DNA from: a virus
Length of the DNA: 64,000 nucleotides
IMG/VR virus record: IMGVR_UViG_3300020182_000007
Reading direction: 5' to 3' (one strand)
Positions 7,965-17,541 of the stretch are shown here, one piece after another. A program made the translations under genes and the position numbers. The number at the start of each line of letters is the position of its first letter. Position 1 is the stretch's first letter. A model generated the notes under the pieces. The model worked only from the letters and a program-made list of their open reading frames with translations, did not search any database and had not been told where the DNA came from.

Positions 7965-8504
7965 TTAATATTCAAAAGGCGGGGTACCGTAATCCTTTCT
8001 CTTAACAGCGTACCATGTTCCCTTAGTTTCAAAGTACCACCATTGTGTAGTTTCTATAATCCATATTTTACCGTTAGGTGATACTTGTTTATAACCTCCT
8101 CTAGTAAAGTTCTTAGTTACTGGTACTCCATCTTCCCATGTCTTATTAGTAGATTGTGCATCCATTGATTTGCCAGAAAAATATCCTAAATAAACCCTTT
8201 CTTCTGCATTTTCATCTTTTGCAAATTGCATTAATGCAGTAGAAGGTTTAGCTGATTCGCTTAAATTAAATGATTCAAACGTGCTAACGTATTTCATCTT
8301 TTTCTTTTTCTTTTTCTTTTTAAATATTTCTTTAGCGTCTCCTTGTCCTGATGGTACATCTCCAGAACCTGTAGTTCCTCCTGATGGAAGTTGAAGCTTA
8401 CCCATACCTCCCATATTTCCTGGATGCGATCCAGAACCAGGACTAATACCGTCATATTCGTTTAATTCAGATTCTGAAAGTTTTTCATTTTTTGTGCTAG
8501 ACAT
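7965..8504 (-). CDS. hypothetical protein: Gly/Ser-rich N-part, poly-Lys, internal MKYVSTFESF tag; start probably 8504
   Basis: ORF track 7965..8549 overlaps the upstream stop; the ATG at 8504 avoids the overlap. Confidence 0.65.
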   Translation of the reverse strand: MSSTKNEKLSESELNEYDGISPGSGSHPGNMGGMGKLQLPSGGTTGSGDVPSGQGDAKEIFKKKKKKKKMKYVSTFESFNLSESAKPSTALMQFAKDENAEERVYLGYFSGKSMDAQSTNKTWEDGVPVTKNFTRGGYKQVSPNGKIWIIETTQWWYFETKGTWYAVKRKDYGTPPFEY

Positions 8505-8532
8505 ATTGTTTATAATTTTATTTTTTAAATTA

Positions 8533-10368
8533 TTACCAAATGTATCCAAAATCTTCTACTTGCTTTAATTTATCAGATACATCTTTAGCATATCTTTTAA
8601 TTTCTTGATCGTAGTAATTTCCAGAATATCCAGAATCTTTTTCTATTTTAGCTTGGTTAGAAGAACTTACATATCTTTGGAAATCATCAAGGATATATTG
8701 CATGTGCCTTGCTGCTTCTGATAGTTTTGCTTCGCTACCCTTTTTGTTTCTTCCTATTATAATATCTCCGTATTTTCCTTTTTCTCCTTTAACAAGACCG
8801 TCTTTAATTTGCTTAGTTATAGTATCGATAGCATCGGCAACCATTTTATCTAAAGGCATTTTTGAGGCTCTATCTGAAATAATAGTGTTGTATCTGTCTA
8901 AGTTAGCTTTCTTAAAATCTTTATCAGATTTAAAAGATATAGCGCCCGCTTTAGAGTCAGCTCTTTCATCTCTTTTTGCGGTTGTAGAATATCTTGCTTT
9001 AAGAATATCTAAATCTAAGCAATATGCTCTATCTGCTAATTCAGCAACTTTAGTTAAACTTGAAATACCACTTCCATAAGAATCATTAGAACTTGATTTG
9101 TCAAAACCAGAACTATCATCTCTTTTAGTCTTTTGTAAAGATTTTTTTCTATCTTTTGAATTGTATTTGTTTTGCCATTGCATATTCATCCATTCATTAG
9201 AACCATCTGTAATTGCTAATAAAGTATTTGCTGGAATAGTGCTAACGCCATAAGAACCACGAGCAGCGTATGGATTTTCTTTTTCGTTTGTTGTAAAGTA
9301 TAAATAAACTGCGTTTTGTCTCTTTTCTTTTCTTGCTGCTTGAGGATCTATTTCAATAATATCTACATCTTGAACTTTATCAAGTGCAATTTTAGACATG
9401 TTGTAAAATGCTTTAGGAAGATCCTTAGGCATTTTGTTACCTCCAGTTAAGATGCTTGCAAGTTTTACAGATGCAAACGCCTCATTAATTAAAGATTCAT
9501 TAGTCATTGAAACTAATTCTTGTGCAATTTTCTTTGCTTTAGCACCTTTATGTCCGTATGATTCTACCGTGTCTAGTGCATCATCAATTTCCATTCCATG
9601 CAATTCTCCCATGTCTCCGCCTCTTTCGTCTAAAAGATCAGCTAAGATTGATTCAGCCTCTGTAGCTTCTTTTGATTCAGTTAAAAAGTTTACAAAGTCT
9701 CTAAATGATTCATATATAAATTGTGATTTCTTTTCTTCCTTTATTTGTACTGGGAATTTCTTGCCTCCAAATTCGAATTCTTTTTTACCTTCGTCTTTTG
9801 CTTTTTTAGCGGCTGCAACGAATGCTCTACCCTCGTCGAGTTCTTCTTCATTTACTGTAATTTGTGAAAGTGCTTTTTTACCAAATTTTGAAAGTGAAAT
9901 ACCCTCTTCAGATATACTAAAGAATTTATTATTTCTTCGCATCCACCTAGGAGAATCGGTTGACATTTCTTTTAAGATACTATTAAACTCTTCTTGTGTA
10001 ATTTTACCATCAGAAATAGCCTCAAGCATTTTATTTCTAATTTTTGCGCTTTTACCAACAGTAACTGCGGGATAGCTTTCAGTATATCTTCTCTTGATAA
10101 CAATCTTAGATTCATTAGCAGAATTAGATTCTTCGATGTAATCGTTTAAACCAGCATCGTCCCATCCGTCTTCAGATGCTAATACTGCTTCAAGATCTTT
10201 TCTAGCTCCAGTTAGTTCAACTTCTGGAAAACCACTTGGTCCTTCGTTATTAACAATTTCCATTTTAACCTTATGTTTCTTAAGTAATTTTTTCAGTACT
10301 CTAGATTCTGGATCTGTTGCGTCCATTATAACCGATGCTTCAGTTATAAATTGTTTAAAATTTATCAT
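8533..10368 (-). CDS. putative internal head (virion cargo) polyprotein, 611 aa
   Basis: Starts MINFKQFITEA; internal NES/NEA/LTES linkers; charged composition. Confidence 0.6.
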   Translation of the reverse strand: MINFKQFITEASVIMDATDPESRVLKKLLKKHKVKMEIVNNEGPSGFPEVELTGARKDLEAVLASEDGWDDAGLNDYIEESNSANESKIVIKRRYTESYPAVTVGKSAKIRNKMLEAISDGKITQEEFNSILKEMSTDSPRWMRRNNKFFSISEEGISLSKFGKKALSQITVNEEELDEGRAFVAAAKKAKDEGKKEFEFGGKKFPVQIKEEKKSQFIYESFRDFVNFLTESKEATEAESILADLLDERGGDMGELHGMEIDDALDTVESYGHKGAKAKKIAQELVSMTNESLINEAFASVKLASILTGGNKMPKDLPKAFYNMSKIALDKVQDVDIIEIDPQAARKEKRQNAVYLYFTTNEKENPYAARGSYGVSTIPANTLLAITDGSNEWMNMQWQNKYNSKDRKKSLQKTKRDDSSGFDKSSSNDSYGSGISSLTKVAELADRAYCLDLDILKARYSTTAKRDERADSKAGAISFKSDKDFKKANLDRYNTIISDRASKMPLDKMVADAIDTITKQIKDGLVKGEKGKYGDIIIGRNKKGSEAKLSEAARHMQYILDDFQRYVSSSNQAKIEKDSGYSGNYYDQEIKRYAKDVSDKLKQVEDFGYIW

Positions 10369-10388
10369 ATTACTATTTTTTTGTTTTT

Positions 10389-12230
10389 TTATATATTCTT
10401 TAAAAATTGATTAAACGTTTGTAGTGTACTCTCATTAGTAGACATAGATGTTTCTAATTTTAATTTTAGTTCACTATACATTGAGTGTATTTGTTTAGGA
10501 GTTAATTTTTTAAATAGTTTTTCATCATCATCTAATAATGCATTTCTAACTTGAGTTGCTGATATATTATCATTATTTCTTGGAATTTCAAAAAGGCCAA
10601 AATCAGTCCTAACTCCTAAATCTTCTCTGTATTCTGGCTTATCTACCTGATATGAATATGTTTTAATTCTATCAGATCCTGTACCCCATAACACCGGCTC
10701 ATATCCATCTGCTCTCATTGTATTAAACATTAAATCTATAGCACCTCTGTCTATAACATATACCTTCTCTATTGGGTATTTCTTTTTAAGTTGCTTTAAC
10801 ATTTTAACTTGAGTATCTTCGTCATATGGTCTCTTAAAAGCATCTTCTTTTTTCTTATTCTTTGCCTTAACTAAAAAGATTACTACTGGATATCCATTTT
10901 GTTTATTAATTGTTTCAACAACTTTAGCATGTCCCATCGTAAACGGCTGGAATCTGCCAACAAACATGTTTACTGGTTTTTTACCCTGTTCTGGATATTT
11001 TACAGTTAATGCCTCAGTAATTGGGCTTACTTGATGCTTTAGATTTTCGTGGTTTAAGAATGTTTTAAAATTCATCATTGATAAATCTTCATTGTTTTGT
11101 AACATTACAACCGCTTCTATTTTTTTAACTATCTCATTGATTTGCTGTAGTAGATCTGCGTTAATAATATCAGTTTCTTTAATTCTTTTCTTATTAAAAG
11201 AACTCAGTGCTATTTTGTAAAGCTCAGAAAGTATAGGGTTTGAAACTAGTTCTATTGTTTTTTCATTTTTAATAAACGCAGTGTTTAGTGAAAATTCTGG
11301 AGAATCTGCAAAACCCGCTGATTCAAATTTAACTCCAATGTATTTTGATGCGTTCTTATCTATATATGCATTAAATAATTGTGAAGTTAATTCAATGTAC
11401 CTAAGGTCAGCTTTCTTTTCTACTAACTCTATTTTTTCAATATCGAATGCTGAAAAGAATTCAACAATTTGTAGTAGTGCTATTTGGTACATGTCAGATG
11501 GCTTTCTATTCTCTCTTGGAGATTCAGCTTCACAAATTTTAAAATTCTTAACGCTTTTTCCATTAAAGAAATTAATTACTAAAGAATCTATAGTACTATC
11601 TAAATCGTCGTTAAGTGCTGTAGAATTTAAAGAAGAATTAAAAATACTGTACATTTTTCTAGAAAACGAAATGTCTTTAAAGTTTTCAGAATACTCAGAC
11701 TCTGAAACTGACATTAGTTTAGTGAGTTCTTCTTTTTGAAGGTCGGTTAACTTACCTTGATGTAGAACCTGTGGCCTTTGTACTTCTAATATATCTGCCC
11801 ATTTGTTTAGAATTTTTGGATCTCTAATTACTTTTTTAATTAATGTTTCATCAACTGGGTTAAGAATCTGGATATGTGTTAACATTAAATTGTTCTTTGG
11901 TATTCTATCGTATTTAATGTTAACCGTTTTTGAATCAATCATATAGTCAAATCCAAATTTCCAATCTAATGGCATTTCTTTTTTACCAGCATCTTCTAGC
12001 GCATTAAAGTGAGAGATTGCATTCTCATAGTACCTCACGATTGTTCTATCAACAAGATTCATTGGATTCTTACCACCACTTTTGTAATGATTAAATCCAC
12101 TGTTTGTTTTTTGTACATGAAAATTTGATGCTTGTAATTTTTCAGTTACAACGCATGAATGTTCTAGCATTTGCTGAAAATCATTTATGCTCGATTCACT
12201 AAAGTAAGTTCTTAAATTCTGTAATGCCAT
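10389..12230 (-). CDS. two-domain protein: degenerate ligase-like N-domain plus HxGH-type nucleotidyltransferase (cytidylyltransferase/NMNAT-like)
   Basis: C-domain NMFVGRFQPFTMGH...GTGSDR...ISATQVR is the Rossmann-type nucleotidylyltransferase signature. N-domain VTEKLQASNF resembles ligase motif I. Confidence 0.75.
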   Translation of the reverse strand: MALQNLRTYFSESSINDFQQMLEHSCVVTEKLQASNFHVQKTNSGFNHYKSGGKNPMNLVDRTIVRYYENAISHFNALEDAGKKEMPLDWKFGFDYMIDSKTVNIKYDRIPKNNLMLTHIQILNPVDETLIKKVIRDPKILNKWADILEVQRPQVLHQGKLTDLQKEELTKLMSVSESEYSENFKDISFSRKMYSIFNSSLNSTALNDDLDSTIDSLVINFFNGKSVKNFKICEAESPRENRKPSDMYQIALLQIVEFFSAFDIEKIELVEKKADLRYIELTSQLFNAYIDKNASKYIGVKFESAGFADSPEFSLNTAFIKNEKTIELVSNPILSELYKIALSSFNKKRIKETDIINADLLQQINEIVKKIEAVVMLQNNEDLSMMNFKTFLNHENLKHQVSPITEALTVKYPEQGKKPVNMFVGRFQPFTMGHAKVVETINKQNGYPVVIFLVKAKNKKKEDAFKRPYDEDTQVKMLKQLKKKYPIEKVYVIDRGAIDLMFNTMRADGYEPVLWGTGSDRIKTYSYQVDKPEYREDLGVRTDFGLFEIPRNNDNISATQVRNALLDDDEKLFKKLTPKQIHSMYSELKLKLETSMSTNESTLQTFNQFLKNI

Positions 12231-12244
12231 GTTATATTATTTAG

Positions 12245-13531
12245 TTACCGTCCGTATTTTATTATACCCATAAGCTGGTTTATAGCAGCAAATGTACCTG
12301 TTAGTTTAAATGTCTTACCATTATATACGAACACAAGCCCTTCAGTTGGGATAATTGATTCTATTCCACCTATTCTATCTAGTCTTTTAAGTTCAGATTC
12401 AACCTTTTCTATTTGGTCAATACTTCCTCCTTTTTTAATAGCCTCGGCCTCAGTTCTAATTTGATTATGTAACCTTTGCATTTCAGCATCTGGGTTTGCA
12501 GCAACAAAGTTACTAGCATTCATTAAGATAACACTACCTAGTTCTAAGAATAAATCTTCAAATGGTCTAATGTTTTCTTTTTGCTTCTTCTTAACGTTTT
12601 CTTTATCAAATTTCTTAATCAATGCAGATTGATCCTTTCCAAGTTCTTTATCAAGACTTCTTATATTAAGAGTTTTCTTGTCATCATATGCCCATCTTAA
12701 TAATAAACCTTCTTTATAATCTTGTGTTAAATCCGGAAAGTTCTTATCAATAGTTTCTCTCCACCACATTTCATGGTATCTTGAAACCTCGTCAGCATCT
12801 GTTAAATTATAACGAGTTCTTAGGTCTTCAACTTTCTTAATGAATTTTGCTTTATTAGCCTCAAAATCAATGTCCTTACCAAGTTTAATGATTTGTGGGG
12901 GAATTATTGAAAATGTTTTACCCATATCAAGCTTAAGGTCTTTAAGAGCCTTTGCAATTGATGCAGCGTATTTTGTTTCCTCTCCTATTTCATTACCTTC
13001 ACCATCAGTATGTTTAATACCGTGAAACTGAATAATATCCCTGTCGTAATAGATTACATTTGGGTTCTTCGAGTAGATTAGCTCCATATTCATAAAACTC
13101 TTACCATTATTAAAAACCTCTAAGTCTTTTGCTGGTAGCTTATTTAATGAATTTGCTAAATCTTCTGCTGCGAATTGAAAAGTATCTCTTACTAATGTAC
13201 TTCCATGGTCTTTAAATTTATCTTTGAATTGTTGGAGAGTCATTGGATTCCTCATATCATTAATACCTCTGGCAAATTTAACCTCTCCATCCATTACGGT
13301 TGCAAATAAGTTTTGTCCGTCTGTTTTTTCAGTAGCCTCTTCTTCAAAGTTAAGTTCGCCTCTTAAGCCAAACTCAACGATCTTTTTAAAGTCACCAAAC
13401 GTTAAACTCTTTTCATCAAATGGATGTGACATATGTCCTGCTGCTCCACCTTCTAAGATTAGTTTAGATTCATAAATATTTCCGTTAGATCTCTCTACTA
13501 AGAATTCTCCGTATGATAATAATTTGTTCAT
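12245..13531 (-). CDS. covalent nucleotidyltransferase (RNA ligase/capping-enzyme fold) of unknown substrate
   Basis: Motif I ATEKTDGQN, III NMELIY, IIIa IQFHG, IV EGLVF and V FKLTG in the correct order; N-terminal tag LLSYGEFLVERS and EGGAAGHMSHPFD. Confidence 0.65.
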   Translation of the reverse strand: MNKLLSYGEFLVERSNGNIYESKLILEGGAAGHMSHPFDEKSLTFGDFKKIVEFGLRGELNFEEEATEKTDGQNLFATVMDGEVKFARGINDMRNPMTLQQFKDKFKDHGSTLVRDTFQFAAEDLANSLNKLPAKDLEVFNNGKSFMNMELIYSKNPNVIYYDRDIIQFHGIKHTDGEGNEIGEETKYAASIAKALKDLKLDMGKTFSIIPPQIIKLGKDIDFEANKAKFIKKVEDLRTRYNLTDADEVSRYHEMWWRETIDKNFPDLTQDYKEGLLLRWAYDDKKTLNIRSLDKELGKDQSALIKKFDKENVKKKQKENIRPFEDLFLELGSVILMNASNFVAANPDAEMQRLHNQIRTEAEAIKKGGSIDQIEKVESELKRLDRIGGIESIIPTEGLVFVYNGKTFKLTGTFAAINQLMGIIKYGR

Positions 13532-13558
13532 TTTATTTAGTTTTTATTTATAGTATGA

Positions 13559-15535
13559 TTATCCTAATGAACTTGTTAGCATTCCAACAGCAGCTCCATA
13601 GTCTCCATCAACTTTACCTAAAATACCATCAATAACTTCATTTGCCTTTGCTTCGTCAAAATCTTTTCCAAATGCCTTTTGTAAAACATTAGTCGCATAT
13701 TCTTTAAAGTCTTCATCAGAAGTAACTTCTGCTTCATTAACAATTGATTCTTCAACCTTTACTCCAAATCCATATTTAATAACTTCACCGGATTCAAATC
13801 TTATCTCTTGAACTCCTCCATTGTTTGTGATTGATATTACAGTGCCATATTCTGGGTAAGTTTCTCCGACGATCCATTCGCTAGATAACATTGTACTTTC
13901 AGTTACCTTATAAGTTTTTCCGTCAAAATCAAATTCTTTATCTCCAGCTTCTTTAGCTTTTCTAACTGCATCTCCGAAAGCGTTACCTTCTTCAATTTCA
14001 GCTTCAGTAACTATTGATTCATTGTATAAATGAACATAGTTGCTTCCTTTTTCAGAATAAACTGATTTAATTTCAAATTCTTTTTGTGCTTTAGTATAAT
14101 ATGCTTTAAAGAATAAGTTACCGTCTAATTCTCCAAAGAAATGATCTGATTTACCGATAAAGAATTCAGCGTTTGGATAAAGCTCTAAAACTTCTTCTTT
14201 TGTTTTAGCCTTTAAAACATCTCTGTTAAAGTCTTTTACAAATTTAGCTTCAGTAACTACTGATTCTTGAACGTTGTTTTCCCACCAGTCTTGGAGTTTT
14301 TCAAATTCTGAATCACCCATGTTTGAAATCATAAAATCTATAATATCTTCATAGTTATCTTTTTCATCTTGATAGAATCCAGGAGTATCGATATAATCTT
14401 TACCCATGATTTTCTTGATTTGAGCCTCTCCCATGCCATCAATTTCTTCTAAGAAGTCTTCAAAATCTTTGGTGTTTTTAAAACCTTTACCTTCAGTAAC
14501 TACTGATTCTTTAATTCCTAATTCTTTTAAGTTTTTAACGTATTTTCCAGCCTCTTCTTCGTTATCATCAGCAGCATGCGCCAATAAACCAGCTGCGATT
14601 AATCTTTTGTAGATTTCTCCTTTAACTAATTCAAAGTCTATTGAATCACTTGTATTTTCCCAAGTATCTGCTACAAATTCTGGATCAATCCAACCATAAC
14701 CTCTTTTAATATCTTTAATCATGTCATTAAGGTCCATCTCGAATCTTTTTACAGCGCCTTCGACAATCTTTTTAGATTCATTTAGTTTAGAACTAATATC
14801 TACTCTTACATCTTCTCCTTCAAACTGTGCCTGAAATAGATTTACTAAATCTTCTGCTATTTTAGGCTCTCCAATAGACTCTAAATAAAGAGCAGTACCT
14901 TCGACTATTCCAATTCCAGACCAGCCTGCTGCGTTCGATATTCTACCAGCAACTTGCGAGATAGCGAATGTTATTTTAGATCCTGGAATTTTAATTTCCA
15001 TGCCTTTGAGTTCAGCAAGCTTTACAACTACCTTTCCAATATTACCCTTAATCTTTTTCATAGTAGGGTACGCTTCTCTAGAAAAGTTAGCGTCTTCCAT
15101 TGCATCAAAGTATATTTGCTTCAATACTCCTAAAGCGTGTAACTTTGAGTTTTTATTAGAGAACGCAGAATATTCATTAAATATTTTAACATATTGGTTA
15201 AACACTTTTTTAGCGTCTCTTTTACCAGTAATAATAACAGCTTCATTAGCCATATAATCTTCGAATTCTGGTGCAATTTCTATGGATTCTAAAATGTTAG
15301 CTCCATTAAATGAGTATACTCCTGATTCGTTAACTTTAATTCCTTGAATTCTGTTAAAAAATTCTTCTCTGTTTTCTTCTTCAAGTTCAGAAACTTTAGT
15401 TACTCCGTACTCTTTTAAAAGATCTCTAAAAGATCTTGCAGATTCTTCTCTTACTACTGTGTTATTAGATTCTAATTCAGCTGCGATTTTAGTCGAGTTA
15501 GTTTTTGCAAATTGTTCAAATGATTGTAATGCCAT
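13559..15535 (-). CDS. putative internal head/core polyprotein, 658 aa, with repeated ES(V/I)V(T/N)E linkers
   Basis: Starts MALQSFEQF; four ES[VI]V[TN]E[AG] repeats; GATATATA motif upstream. Confidence 0.6.
   Translation of the reverse strand: MALQSFEQFAKTNSTKIAAELESNNTVVREESARSFRDLLKEYGVTKVSELEEENREEFFNRIQGIKVNESGVYSFNGANILESIEIAPEFEDYMANEAVIITGKRDAKKVFNQYVKIFNEYSAFSNKNSKLHALGVLKQIYFDAMEDANFSREAYPTMKKIKGNIGKVVVKLAELKGMEIKIPGSKITFAISQVAGRISNAAGWSGIGIVEGTALYLESIGEPKIAEDLVNLFQAQFEGEDVRVDISSKLNESKKIVEGAVKRFEMDLNDMIKDIKRGYGWIDPEFVADTWENTSDSIDFELVKGEIYKRLIAAGLLAHAADDNEEEAGKYVKNLKELGIKESVVTEGKGFKNTKDFEDFLEEIDGMGEAQIKKIMGKDYIDTPGFYQDEKDNYEDIIDFMISNMGDSEFEKLQDWWENNVQESVVTEAKFVKDFNRDVLKAKTKEEVLELYPNAEFFIGKSDHFFGELDGNLFFKAYYTKAQKEFEIKSVYSEKGSNYVHLYNESIVTEAEIEEGNAFGDAVRKAKEAGDKEFDFDGKTYKVTESTMLSSEWIVGETYPEYGTVISITNNGGVQEIRFESGEVIKYGFGVKVEESIVNEAEVTSDEDFKEYATNVLQKAFGKDFDEAKANEVIDGILGKVDGDYGAAVGMLTSSLG
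14002..14511. repeat. three dispersed direct repeats (cttcagtaactactgattctt) spaced 243-246 nt
   Basis: Identical 21-mers at 14248-14268 and 14491-14511; a 1-mismatch 19-mer at 14002-14020. They encode ES[VI]VTE. Confidence 0.9.
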
Positions 15536-15570
15536 TACCTTATTATTTTATTTTTATAGTATTTTACTCT

Positions 15571-17079
15571 TTATATATCTCCTTCAAATTTGACCTTTTT
15601 AACATCAAACTTAAACTTTTGTTCATTGTATATTTTTTGTCTAGCCTTCGAGTGTCTAATTAGATAATTATCCCAATCTGGACTTGATATATCGTCTACA
15701 AAATCTACGATAGTAACACTGTCTTTTGATGCATGTTGCCTAAGACCACGTCCAATTGATTGTCTAATAATAACTTCTGATTTAAACGATTCTGTGAAAA
15801 ATATATTATGCATTTTATTAATTGAAATACCGGTAGAAAAAGTTCCATAAGACGCTACGATAACTACTTCGTCTCCTAGCTCCATTTTCTTTTTATATTC
15901 TTCTCTAATATCCTTGTCAGTACCTCCATCAACATAGTATATGATCTTATCACCATCTTGTCTAAGTTTATCATATATTTTTTTACCATGTTCAATTCTG
16001 TGAAAAAGCACTAGGCTATTGCCACGTACTCTAGAAATAATATTACAAATAAAATTAAGACGTCCGGTTGAATTAATAATATAATTTTGCTCGAATTTAA
16101 ATACGTCTTTGCTTTCATATTTATTGAAAGCCATTTCTTTAAAAGCATCTTTTGCTCCTTGTGTCGCATAATCCATTTCAATTACTTTTACTCTACATCC
16201 AGCGATATACCCTTCATTTTGTAAAAAGTTTGCACTTACCTCAGTTATTAATGGCCCAGTATACGACATTAATGTTAATCTATCTAGCGTTCCTGTTTTA
16301 GGTATAGTACCAGATAGACCATATCTATATTCTGCGTTTTTGCATTTAGATAGAATAGTTTTAATTGACTGTGATTTTGCCTTATGCGTTTCATCAATTA
16401 TAACAGCTTCAAATTGGTCAAAGTATTCAGTTGGTTTTTTAATTAGCGATTGATATGTTCCTATCACTACATTCCTACCTGCTCTAATTTTTTGTCCAGA
16501 ATAAATTTGTTGTATTTTAATATTGACTTGATTTTTGTAGTTGTAATCAGTAAAGTCCTCGCTTGCTTGAATTACAAGAGAAACATTAGGTACTATAAAT
16601 AAAACCTTTTCTGCTTTTTGTTTTTCTAATATATATGCAACTGTTAAAAATGAAATTAAAGTCTTACCAGCAGATGTTGCTAATTCTGATAAACACTTTC
16701 TAAATTTTAATATATTAAACGCAGCGTCAATTTGATAGTCTCTTGGTTTAATTTCTGAATCATTAAAGAAGTCTGATGACCATTTTTGAAATGATTCTTG
16801 ATTAATTTCACGATCAAATAATTGAGTGATTCCATGGATCTTAAGATCTATTTTGTACTCTTTACATACGTCCATTACCTCTTTCCATAAGCCGGCAGGA
16901 ATCCACTTGTCGTCTTTTACATATGAAATATACCCGTCCCAAACACCTCTTTTGACAAGTGGATTAAATCTCCACGAGTCAATTCTCTTTGTTAAAGATA
17001 TATTTAATTGCTCGAGTTCTAGCGCAGTAGCACTATCTATTCTCAACAATTGTTTATTCTCTGTTAAACTGAGCTCCAT
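15571..17079 (-). CDS. uvsW: UvsW-like superfamily 2 DNA helicase
   Basis: PRDYQ, LATSAGKT, IIDETHK, GLSGT, ASYGTFSTGISI, QSIGRGLR; 502 aa, similar in size to T4 UvsW. Confidence 0.93.
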   Translation of the reverse strand: MELSLTENKQLLRIDSATALELEQLNISLTKRIDSWRFNPLVKRGVWDGYISYVKDDKWIPAGLWKEVMDVCKEYKIDLKIHGITQLFDREINQESFQKWSSDFFNDSEIKPRDYQIDAAFNILKFRKCLSELATSAGKTLISFLTVAYILEKQKAEKVLFIVPNVSLVIQASEDFTDYNYKNQVNIKIQQIYSGQKIRAGRNVVIGTYQSLIKKPTEYFDQFEAVIIDETHKAKSQSIKTILSKCKNAEYRYGLSGTIPKTGTLDRLTLMSYTGPLITEVSANFLQNEGYIAGCRVKVIEMDYATQGAKDAFKEMAFNKYESKDVFKFEQNYIINSTGRLNFICNIISRVRGNSLVLFHRIEHGKKIYDKLRQDGDKIIYYVDGGTDKDIREEYKKKMELGDEVVIVASYGTFSTGISINKMHNIFFTESFKSEVIIRQSIGRGLRQHASKDSVTIVDFVDDISSPDWDNYLIRHSKARQKIYNEQKFKFDVKKVKFEGDI

Positions 17080-17105
17080 TCATGGCGCAGTTTTTTTATT
17101 TACGT

Positions 17106-17531
17106 CTACAGGTCTTTTATTACTAACCTGTTTCGGATGGCAAATCCCATATTATCTAGGGTTTTTACCGATTCTTTAAAGAATTCTAATTGGTTCTCTA
17201 AATGAGAAAGAATGATTCCGTCATCCGCCAAATCGGCTTGTATGAACTGTTCTTTCTGTCTTTCTCCTAATTTATAATCAAAGTTATAGTATTCTAGATA
17301 CTTTTCACGATATCTATCAGCTAGTTTTCTTTTCTGTTCTTTTATCTTGACATTAATATATGCGATATGCTCTATTAAAATCTGACGATTTGAAAGTTGC
17401 ATTGCTATAGTGTCTTCAATTCCGTTGATATATCGTAAAGATTTGGCAAGGTCTCCTATTTTACCAGTCCAAACCGATCGTTGCTCACTTAGTTTTTTAT
17501 CTAGTGCTAAAATTTTATCGCTGTTTGACAT
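17106..17531 (-). CDS. uvsY: UvsY-like recombination mediator
   Basis: 141-aa helical protein next to uvsW with C-terminal LDNMGFAIRNRL, like the UvsY 'RGFxIKNAI' end. Confidence 0.7.
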   Translation of the reverse strand: MSNSDKILALDKKLSEQRSVWTGKIGDLAKSLRYINGIEDTIAMQLSNRQILIEHIAYINVKIKEQKRKLADRYREKYLEYYNFDYKLGERQKEQFIQADLADDGIILSHLENQLEFFKESVKTLDNMGFAIRNRLVIKDL

Positions 17532-17541
17532 TAATTGTATT

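Noticed and set aside
14002-14511. CRISPR-like repeat-spacer array
   Set aside because: The repeats are 19-21 nt with spacers over 220 nt, all in frame inside a protein-coding gene; no cas genes.
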